A stretch of 64,000 nt of DNA. Origin: a virus (lineage: Duplodnaviria > Caudoviricetes). Below are positions 8,828 through 16,217 of the stretch, piece after piece (the stretch's first letter is position 1; each line of letters begins with the position of its first letter). Position numbers and translations under genes: made by a program. The notes under the pieces are model-generated. The model searched no databases, was not told the DNA's origin, and was given only the letters and a program-made list of their open reading frames with translations. The stretch spans positions 1 to 64,000 of IMG/VR virus record IMGVR_UViG_3300038299_000353; one strand, 5' to 3'.

Positions 8828-9001
8828 GTGTCCAGATACTCCAAATAGATCTAAATAAAGTAGATCAAATAGAACAAATAATCTGAGCCAAATAATAGTC
8901 TGAAATAAGCTTAATAAGAGTGGTCGCAATCAGGGCAAATAATATGGGTGGGCTAAGGCTAGTTATATGAATCTCCCTAGTATGTGCTGTCAATTTATCC
9001 A

Positions 9002-9060
9002 CTATTAGTAAAACTTATTTAGAATCATTCTAGAATTACTGCGTATCAGGTACGCGTTTT
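9002..9060 (+). promoter_or_regulatory. Fur-box-like operator block, copy 2
   Basis: CTATTAGTAAAACTTATTTAGAATCATTCTAGAATTACTGCGTATCAGGT. Confidence 0.65.
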
Positions 9061-9307
9061 TTTTAAAAAGATTTATTTATGCTATTGACAGGCCTTTTCA
9101 AATGCCTTTGTTTATAGCCTGTTCTTTGACATTTCTCTACTTTTCCTCTTTGGCTTTGATCGGCCTTTGATGGGTGAGAAGCGTGAACGTTTAAAAGGTA
9201 AGTCAGGAGCGGGATTCTAGCAATCGCCTGATACTGCTTTTTGAAAACTAGAATTCGCTATTGAGAATCCCTAAAACTAAAAACTAAACACACACACACA
9301 TACATAT

Positions 9308-10111
9308 ATGAAAAAAGTAAATGCAGAAGAAGTACTCGCACTCGACATCACTGAACACGCTTTGAACGTAGAGTTTAAAGAAGTTCGTATCAATGGAGAG
9401 TATTCGGCAACGGTTGGAAGTGACCGCGCTGTTCCTACGTTCGAGCAATTGCTTGACCCGTTCGTCAAGTTGTCAAACGGGATGCAAAAAGACTTTAACC
9501 CTACGGTTAATCTTATGCGTTCGAGCCACGGAGCAGAAGGTACGCTCTACAACATATCAATGCCATTCGGAACGGTTGACCTTGGCGGTCGCTCGACTGA
9601 ATGCCGAATCAGTAGGTTCGGGAGTTTGAATAGTTCCTGTTCCGATAAGTTTGGCTTACAAATGCTAGTACAGATTTGTTCCAACGGGATGATGGGATGG
9701 AAAAGTGAAGGAACTGCCGTCACACGCTTCACAGCGAACTGGCAAGGCCTTTCCAACGAACGCATTCAATTCGCTTTGGATGGATTCAGCGGGATGAAAC
9801 AACACTATATCCAGCTGGCCGACGACTTGAAAGCAATTCGTTTGTCTGCTCCCGAAGTTGACAAACGTTTAGAGAGAATCGTAAAAGGTGATTCTAAGCG
9901 TTCGGAAAACATTCGTGAAGAAATTCGCGAATTGTTTGTAAGCGGGAAAGGGAATCGCGGAGAGAATTCGTGGGACTTGTTTAACGCGGTCACGGAGTAT
10001 GAGAATCACTTCAAGTCTTACAGGAATACCAATGGTGTTTCGAGTGACGAAAATCGCGCCAAAGGTGTCTTATCGATTGATACCGATAAGCTGGCCGAAC
10101 TAGTAGCATAA
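9308..10111 (+). CDS. DUF932-family protein, copy 2
   Basis: Same length (267 aa) and colinear with 7274-8077. Confidence 0.75.
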   Translation: MKKVNAEEVLALDITEHALNVEFKEVRINGEYSATVGSDRAVPTFEQLLDPFVKLSNGMQKDFNPTVNLMRSSHGAEGTLYNISMPFGTVDLGGRSTECRISRFGSLNSSCSDKFGLQMLVQICSNGMMGWKSEGTAVTRFTANWQGLSNERIQFALDGFSGMKQHYIQLADDLKAIRLSAPEVDKRLERIVKGDSKRSENIREEIRELFVSGKGNRGENSWDLFNAVTEYENHFKSYRNTNGVSSDENRAKGVLSIDTDKLAELVA

Positions 10112-10115
10112 ATCT

Positions 10116-10145
10116 AAGGGACTTCTTCGGGAGTCCCTTTTTTTT
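10116..10145 (+). terminator. intrinsic terminator
   Basis: AAGGGACTTC-TTCG-GGAGTCCCTT plus T-tract. Confidence 0.85.
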
Positions 10146-10291
10146 GGCTTAATAATTCGGAATCAAATATCGTAAATAAACTAAGCCAAATATTAGAAAT
10201 AATCTAAGCCAAATATTATGGTTATATTAACGTTAACCTATCACCCTATTGCATCAATCACCCTGGTATCTTATTGCATCGATCACCGCCA

Positions 10292-10350
10292 CTATTAGTG
10301 AATCTTATTTAGAATAGTTCTAGAATTATTGCGTACCTGGTGCGCGTTTT
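10292..10350 (+). promoter_or_regulatory. Fur-box-like operator block, copy 3
   Basis: CTATTAGTGAATCTTATTTAGAATAGTTCTAGAATTATTGCGTACCTGGT. Confidence 0.6.
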
Positions 10351-10455
10351 TCTCAAGTTTAGCTTGCAATCGCTATTCTATTCTATTCTATTTGTGGCAT
10401 GGCGCTGTTGCCATTCTAACCTAAAGGTCGCGATTTCCTTAATCGCTTTTCTATC

Positions 10456-10809
10456 ATGTTATACCACTCGATCCCATCCAAAGACTTGCAAGGTGTTGAC
10501 GTTTCAAAGGAGATCACTTTGAAGGAGTATGGATTCGCCTATCATGTCTTGCCACGTAAAGGTATATACCGCTTTTACATTGGTCAGTCTCACGCTATCG
10601 ATCACAACTCAGATTGGGACAGTCACGACTATACTTGGTTCGAGTGTCTTGAGTTGCCACTCGACGTTGCCATCGAGGTCGAATTCGACTTTATCGATGT
10701 GCTAGACGTTGCAAGCTGCAGCGGTCTTACAAGTGAGGAGTGGCTTAAAACTAGCGCTCCTCGCAAGTTGTATGATGCCATTAATTACTATGGCGCTGAC
10801 AACTTCTGA
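10456..10809 (+). CDS. hypothetical protein
   Basis: ORF between promoter (10364) and terminator. Confidence 0.7.
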   Translation: MLYHSIPSKDLQGVDVSKEITLKEYGFAYHVLPRKGIYRFYIGQSHAIDHNSDWDSHDYTWFECLELPLDVAIEVEFDFIDVLDVASCSGLTSEEWLKTSAPRKLYDAINYYGADNF

Positions 10810-10826
10810 GTCGACAGAAGGATAGG

Positions 10827-10858
10827 AGGAGTCCTGACATTGTTAGGACTCCTTTTTT
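10827..10858 (+). terminator. intrinsic terminator
   Basis: AGGAGTCCTGAC...GTTAGGACTCCT plus T-tract. Confidence 0.8.
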
Positions 10859-10914
10859 CCTGTAAATAATAGCCAAATAATAACTCAATAATAACTCAAT
10901 AATAGCCAAATAAA

Positions 10915-10962
10915 ATGATTTTTATCATCATCTTTATACTTCTACTTTGCATCAACTTATAG
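10915..10962 (+). CDS. 15-aa hydrophobic micro-peptide MIFIIIFILLLCINL
   Basis: Paralog of 3954-3998; follows an AAATA array. Confidence 0.45.
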   Translation: MIFIIIFILLLCINL

Positions 10963-11063
10963 CGTGATCGGCTCTTTTCATACTATATATATGCTATGAT
11001 TTATTTTTAAAAAGATTCATTTATGCACTTGACGCATACATTCATTGCCCTACTGTCATGTAT

Positions 11064-11095
11064 GTCGGGGGGCAATTCAGCCCAAACAACTCGAC
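11064..11095 (+). promoter_or_regulatory. structured 5' leader motif (AATTCA-loop), copy 1
   Basis: Covaries with 11897-11928. Confidence 0.7.
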
Positions 11096-11105
11096 CTTAT
11101 AGCAC

Positions 11106-11552
11106 ATGAACAAACTAACTGCACTCCAAACAATCCGCAAAGGCTCTTTTGCCATTGCTAGAATCGTATCCGAAAAGAAGCCACTCAGCGCTTACTCCGA
11201 TTATAAGATCACTAAGGTTACTCTTTGCACTGTCCGTGCTGGTATTGAGTATTCAAACCTTAAGGAAGTGAAAGCCTTTTCCGATGGTTACAAGGGTTTG
11301 CCTTGGGGGGAATGGGAAAATTACCCATACTCAATCACTCACAAGGGCAATCGTTACCTACGCCTTTACCTTGGGCAAGCGTTGAAGGTTATTTACTTCA
11401 TCGACGGAGTAAAGGTCAGCGCGAACAAAGCAAAGTTTATGCTTCCACTAGCTCGCGCTAAAAGTGTTAAACCTCTTTGCATTACTGTAAAGGAAAGCGG
11501 GCTGGTAAGCCTAAAGCAAAAAGGAAAGGAGTTGATCAATGAAAGCATTTGA
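11106..11552 (+). CDS. basic hypothetical protein, paralog of 6523-6957
   Basis: Colinear similarity over the full length. Confidence 0.85.
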   Translation: MNKLTALQTIRKGSFAIARIVSEKKPLSAYSDYKITKVTLCTVRAGIEYSNLKEVKAFSDGYKGLPWGEWENYPYSITHKGNRYLRLYLGQALKVIYFIDGVKVSANKAKFMLPLARAKSVKPLCITVKESGLVSLKQKGKELINESI

Positions 11553-11670
11553 GTTGATCGCAATCCTAATGCTAGGTTGCTTAATCGGGTATGCGGCATT
11601 CGTTGGATTGAAACTCGACGATCAAGTAAGACAAACTCAAGAAAGCAAATGGCATAAAGCAACAGACTAG
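11539..11670 (+). CDS. 43-aa single-pass membrane peptide
   Basis: MKAFELIAILMLGCLIGYAAFVGLKLDDQVRQTQESKWHKATD; paralog of 12267-12395. Confidence 0.7.
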   Translation: MKAFELIAILMLGCLIGYAAFVGLKLDDQVRQTQESKWHKATD

Positions 11671-11744
11671 GAATATCGGAGAGCGTCGAAATAGTCGGCG
11701 TTCTCCTTTTCTTTCAAATACTCTCAAATAATATATATACATAC

Positions 11745-11795
11745 ATGTTGATACTATCCTTTATAATTGTGATCATACTAATCGTTAGAGATTGA
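11745..11795 (+). CDS. 16-aa hydrophobic micro-peptide MLILSFIIVIILIVRD
   Basis: Same context as 3954 and 10915. Confidence 0.35.
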   Translation: MLILSFIIVIILIVRD

Positions 11796-11896
11796 CCAGG
11801 TGAGCATGATTTGACCGTCTACCAGGTGAGCATCTTTTTTTAAAAAGATTCATTTATGCCCTTGACGCACCTATCCATTGGTATACCTTCGTTTAT

Positions 11897-11928
11897 GTAG
11901 GGGAGCAATTCAGCTCAAACAACCCTGC
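11897..11928 (+). promoter_or_regulatory. structured 5' leader motif, copy 2
   Basis: GTAGGG-GAGC-AATTCA-GCTC-AAACAA-CCCTGC. Confidence 0.7.
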
Positions 11929-11940
11929 CTTATCAAACCT

Positions 11941-12270
11941 ATGAAGACTAAAGCCATACTAATCGATCCGAACCTACCACGCATTTCCGTTGAGCGTGTT
12001 GACGGTTTCGAAGATATCCAGCGCATGATTGATTGCCGCTGCTTCACATGTGTTCGCTTCCCAGATGGCAAGCACGTTGCATACGTTGACGACGAAGGTC
12101 TAATCAATGGCACGAAGCTTGGCGTCAAGTTCATTGACAGCATCTACCCAGATGCTTTGGCTGGCAAGATCCTTATCCTTGGCGATGACGGGCATGGCGG
12201 CGATGCTGACTGCGAGTTGACTGGATCAGACATTCAAGCGATGGTGAAGGGCATCGTTCAATTCTCATGA
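11941..12270 (+). CDS. DUF3846-like protein (start revised)
   Basis: KAILIDP...YVDDEGL...LAGKILILG pattern. Confidence 0.65.
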   Translation: MKTKAILIDPNLPRISVERVDGFEDIQRMIDCRCFTCVRFPDGKHVAYVDDEGLINGTKLGVKFIDSIYPDALAGKILILGDDGHGGDADCELTGSDIQAMVKGIVQFS

Positions 12271-12395
12271 AGGTCTGGGAGTTTGGTGCGCTGATCCTGT
12301 TTGGGTTTATCATAGCGTTAGGAATTCTTTTAGGAATTCAGCTAGATGATAACGCTCAAGAGATTCAGCAAAGCACTTGGCACATCGCAGAATAA
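12267..12395 (+). CDS. 42-aa single-pass membrane peptide
   Basis: MKVWEFGALILFGFIIALGILLGIQLDDNAQEIQQSTWHIAE; ATGA overlap with the upstream gene. Confidence 0.7.
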   Translation: MKVWEFGALILFGFIIALGILLGIQLDDNAQEIQQSTWHIAE

Positions 12396-12400
12396 ACTAA

Positions 12401-12431
12401 CGGGGGGTAATTAGCGTTACCCCCCCTTTTT
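12401..12431 (+). terminator. intrinsic terminator ending the early region
   Basis: GGGGGGTAA...TTACCCCCC plus T-tract. Confidence 0.8.
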
Positions 12432-12567
12432 GCGCTTTGCGAGAAAAAAATAAATTTTTTTTTAGCGGTGGGGGACCCAACTTATACGCTACGAAACGGG
12501 AAAAATCACTTTTATACCCCGCTATTGAATTGACCCCTCATATGGAATCCAAAAAAAACCCGACCCT

Positions 12568-13113
12568 CTATTTTCTCCCAGGGAAATTTTCCATAAACCC
12601 TTCCACATCAACCTCGCAGCTCACAACGTCCCCATAATGGGGCCATCGAATGACATAATCGGCCTTATCTCTCAAAACCTTATCATGCCTCTCCTCTAAC
12701 TCATTTGCTGCAGCCACTCCAATTTTGTCCACATAAACAATAGTCCCACCCATCCCTTTTATGGCATCAATTTCAATTGGAAACCTAACATCTGGTACAA
12801 TGCCGCGAGTGCCTACAGCGGCGATAGCCTTGTCCATCCATATGGTGTCGCCGAACTTCTTCTTCATGGCTTGGCCATATTCTACTAGCATGGGGCGAAT
12901 GAGTTCTTTTTCCAGTGAAATTTCGGTGAAGGCCGAAATGCCAAAGTGTTTTTGGAAAAAGGGTTCGCAGTCTTCTTTCAGCGCCTTGGCGAAGGAGATT
13001 ATTTTCATTTCTTCTCCCCAGTTCTTAAGGAATTTCTGCTGCAAGATTTTTGCGGCTGTGTCTTTGCCCGATCTGGCAAAACCAGCGATGCCAATTAGTC
13101 TAGGTCGTAGCAT
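12568..13113 (-). CDS. deoxynucleoside monophosphate kinase
   Basis: GIAGFARSGKDT P-loop, SFAKALK, DVRFPIE. Confidence 0.85.
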   Translation of the reverse strand: MLRPRLIGIAGFARSGKDTAAKILQQKFLKNWGEEMKIISFAKALKEDCEPFFQKHFGISAFTEISLEKELIRPMLVEYGQAMKKKFGDTIWMDKAIAAVGTRGIVPDVRFPIEIDAIKGMGGTIVYVDKIGVAAANELEERHDKVLRDKADYVIRWPHYGDVVSCEVDVEGFMENFPGRK

Positions 13114-13331
13114 ACGATAAATCCCTTTCCATTCGGCTGAACTCCCATTACATTGTAGTCAATCCACTCGATGGCTTCTTCGCTACTCATTTGTTCACTA
13201 AAATGTTCATACATTTTCTTATATGAGTAAATTAAAACTCCCTCATCATCGTGACCTAGGACGCATTCGTCTAAACCCGTTAGGATTAACGCTTCTTCGT
13301 GCAGGAGACCTGCGATTATATCTATATTCAT
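13095..13331 (-). CDS. conserved phage hypothetical protein
   Basis: GLDECVLG...EEAIEWIDYNV pattern. Confidence 0.7.
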   Translation of the reverse strand: MNIDIIAGLLHEEALILTGLDECVLGHDDEGVLIYSYKKMYEHFSEQMSSEEAIEWIDYNVMGVQPNGKGFIVCYDLD

Positions 13332-13363
13332 AATTTGTTATTATTTTGCTTATTTTGTAAATG

Positions 13364-13828
13364 TCAATCTTTAAATTTCCTCAATTGACCTTGCTCTAGG
13401 CAATATCCTTCGCCATGACCAAGATTTTTAATATTTTCCTTTTTGATTAGGTCCTTTTTAAAGGCCCAGCCTGGAAATGTTACAGTGCTGTCTTCGACGG
13501 TGGCAAGGACATACATATCTACGTCGTCATTAACCTTTAGGGTTGAAAGCAGTTTTCCGTTCTTATATTTGGTAGACTTAATGTCATACCTATACCCCTT
13601 ATAAGTGCCATCCTCACTGCCACTTCTTGGCGTGAGACCAAGGTCTGGAAATGTGTTAAAATGCTTGGAGAAGGCGTACTCTGCCATAAGTCCCATAACG
13701 TCAGCTTCGGAGCCATCCTGGTCTCCCATCTTTGCGTCCTTTACGCCAGCACTTCTGGCAATAAGAGATCTCATCCTGCCAATGATTTGACATACAGTTA
13801 CTTCGTCTGGATTTAATTTTACTTTCAT
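13364..13828 (-). CDS. hypothetical protein, possible PD-(D/E)xK fold
   Basis: GLMAEYA...D...YDIKST. Confidence 0.55.
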   Translation of the reverse strand: MKVKLNPDEVTVCQIIGRMRSLIARSAGVKDAKMGDQDGSEADVMGLMAEYAFSKHFNTFPDLGLTPRSGSEDGTYKGYRYDIKSTKYKNGKLLSTLKVNDDVDMYVLATVEDSTVTFPGWAFKKDLIKKENIKNLGHGEGYCLEQGQLRKFKD

Positions 13829-14034
13829 AGGCCTAGCTTCTCTGCGATTGCGTCTGCACCAAAAATAACTTCTCCAGTATCTGTAACCAAGCTAGGTACA
13901 GACCTAATTCCGTGCTGCATAAAGAAATTGGGATCAACATCCATATCTTTATATTCGACCTTTACCCCAGAACTCTCGATTCTGGCTTTTAATGTTTTAC
14001 ATGGAGCGCACCATGATGCTGTTGCTATTTTCAT
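13825..14034 (-). CDS. thioredoxin/glutaredoxin-like protein (start revised)
   Basis: WCAPC active site, IRSVP cis-Pro loop; the track start lies inside the tRNA. Confidence 0.85.
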   Translation of the reverse strand: MKIATASWCAPCKTLKARIESSGVKVEYKDMDVDPNFFMQHGIRSVPSLVTDTGEVIFGADAIAEKLGL

Positions 14035-14045
14035 ATTTTTTAAAT

Positions 14046-14121
14046 TGGTGGACCCACTGGGACTTGAACCCAGACTCAACGGATTATGAATCCGCTGCTT
14101 TAACCATTAAGCTATGCGTCC
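14046..14121 (-). tRNA. tRNA with CAT anticodon (Ile2 or elongator Met)
   Basis: Cloverleaf; loop TTCATAA; encoded CCA; one G-G mismatch in the acceptor stem. Confidence 0.9.
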
Positions 14122-14141
14122 TATTTTGAATGTTTTTAAAT

Positions 14142-14218
14142 TGGTACTCCGAGCAGGACTTGAACCTGCGACCCACGGTTTAGAAAACCGTTGCTCTATC
14201 CAGCTGAGCTATCGGAGC
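14142..14218 (-). tRNA. tRNA-Arg(TCT)
   Basis: Cloverleaf; ACGGT-TTTCTAA-ACCGT arm; encoded CCA. Confidence 0.93.
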
Positions 14219-14486
14219 ATAAATGAGTGTAGGAACGAGTCTCTCTCTCTTTTCGATATTCGTAAAGGCCCGACCGAATACCGCCTACATAAATTTATAT
14301 TTTGAAAGTTATGTTTTTTTTGTTTTGATGTCAAATGTTTTTTTCAATTAATTGGAATAATGTTATTTAGTCACTCAATCCCTTAACTATTCGCATCATA
14401 ATAGGTTAAAAGGGCCGTTTGTCAAGTTAAATTAAAACTTATTATTAAATTCGTATAAAGCTCTTTTCAGTGTAAATCTACCATAG

Positions 14487-14837
14487 ATGGACACTCTGCA
14501 TACTATACGCCACGACATACATTCTTCTCAAACATTTGAAGCATTTACTTCTGGTAATTTCGTATCGGGGATATTGGATTTTTTCCCTTTATATCCGACT
14601 GGTATTCCTCAAAATTACCACATGTATATCTATGCGATGCAGGAGTACAATAGAAAGCTTGATGGTTTCGGTGGCCAAGTAATAGAGCCAGTTGACGCTG
14701 GGTTTAGACCTATAGATTTTGCAAGTTTCTTTGGTGGCATACCAAGTTCTGGACTAGATGACTACCTGCTAATAGAAGCTGGTGGTTTTTTATTACAGCA
14801 AAATTCTTTTAAGCTTGTTCTAGAGCAGGATAACTAG
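14487..14837 (+). CDS. putative virion protein
   Basis: Late promoter motif; C-terminal LLIEAGGFLLQQNSFKLVLE. Confidence 0.55.
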   Translation: MDTLHTIRHDIHSSQTFEAFTSGNFVSGILDFFPLYPTGIPQNYHMYIYAMQEYNRKLDGFGGQVIEPVDAGFRPIDFASFFGGIPSSGLDDYLLIEAGGFLLQQNSFKLVLEQDN

Positions 14838-14876
14838 TTTTTACTCTATTTTCCTAAATTGGTGTAAATAAATATT

Positions 14877-16217
14877 ATGCCTAAAACAGAATTCAATGCG
14901 GTTAGCAGCATGTTTGAGCTTTCCCATCAGGCTGGGAACATTCCGCATATATTTGATCAAGCAAGTGGGGCTTACAGACCCTTAGTCACTGAGGACTTCT
15001 CTCTTGCTAGTTCGGCTGGTGAAGCGAATATAGACGCATTTAATCGCTTGAGAGTATCTGAGCCTTTAACTCTTTTCGATTCTAGCCATAGATACAGCGA
15101 CAACGATTTATGGTCTGAATTTCACTCTGGCCCAAATAGTTCTGGGGTTTTTAATCTAAATCAAGGTCTCATGGATCTGAATGTAGATACCACCTCTGGT
15201 TCCCAAGTACTTAGAGAGACTACGAAAATTTTCTCATACCAACCAGGAAAAAGTTTATTGGTTATGGCTACACTTGTAATGAGTCCAGCTAAAGAAGGCT
15301 TACGACAAAGGGTTGGGTATTTCGGAGCCGATAATGGGTTTTATGTACAAAAGGATGATTTTGATATCAGTTTAGTCGAAAGACATTCTACTTTAGGAGG
15401 TGTCGAAGAAAATATAATACTCCAAGAAGATTGGAGTGTGGATAAACTAGATGGAACTGGAAAATCTGGAATTACCTTGGATTTGTCCAAAGGGCAAATA
15501 CTATGGTCTGACATAGAGTGGCTTGGCGTTGGGACAGTGAGAATGGGTTTTGTTATTAACGGCCAATTCATTATTTGCCATAAGTTCCATCACGCTAATT
15601 TACTTGATAGAACTTACGTCACTACAGCATCTTTGCCACTTAGGTACGAAATAACGAATAAGACCGACACTTCTGGCAATAGCACTTTAAAACAAATATG
15701 CTCCACTGTTATTTCTGAAGGTGGCTATGAATTAGCTGGCCTACAGCAAGCCATAGGCACGCCGATAACTCTTCCAAAAGACCTTGGTGCTGCTGGGACG
15801 AGAGCGCCAATAGTAACTATTAGGCTCAAAATAGATAGACCAGACGCCGTAGTTATCTTAACAGCTCTTTCGTTATTGGGAGTAAACAACAACACCAATT
15901 TCAGATGGGAGGTAATTGCTTCTGGAATCACTTCTGGTGGATCAGGAACTTGGATTTCAGCTGGGCTTAGAAGCTCTGTTGAATATAAGCTTGATGCAGA
16001 AACTATTTCTGGAGGAAGAGTTCTAGCCTCTGGTTATGTACAAGGCTCTAACCAGGGGTCAGTGCCAGTCGATATCTCGAAAGAAGCTTTATTTAAGTTT
16101 CAACTAGAAAGAAATTCTTTTACCAACGAACGTTTTGAAATATCACTCGTATGTGCTGCCAGTATAGGTGGTGCGGATGTTTTCGGGTCTTTAGACTGGG
16201 AAGAGGCCTCTAGATAA
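14877..16217 (+). CDS. putative virion structural protein, beta-rich
   Basis: DAFNRLRVS, YQPGK, EWLGVG motifs. Confidence 0.6.
   Translation: MPKTEFNAVSSMFELSHQAGNIPHIFDQASGAYRPLVTEDFSLASSAGEANIDAFNRLRVSEPLTLFDSSHRYSDNDLWSEFHSGPNSSGVFNLNQGLMDLNVDTTSGSQVLRETTKIFSYQPGKSLLVMATLVMSPAKEGLRQRVGYFGADNGFYVQKDDFDISLVERHSTLGGVEENIILQEDWSVDKLDGTGKSGITLDLSKGQILWSDIEWLGVGTVRMGFVINGQFIICHKFHHANLLDRTYVTTASLPLRYEITNKTDTSGNSTLKQICSTVISEGGYELAGLQQAIGTPITLPKDLGAAGTRAPIVTIRLKIDRPDAVVILTALSLLGVNNNTNFRWEVIASGITSGGSGTWISAGLRSSVEYKLDAETISGGRVLASGYVQGSNQGSVPVDISKEALFKFQLERNSFTNERFEISLVCAASIGGADVFGSLDWEEASR

Noticed and set aside
14114-14305. Plus-strand ORF over the tRNA region, and other antisense ORFs in the track
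   Set aside because: They are shadows of tRNAs or of codon-biased genes on the other strand
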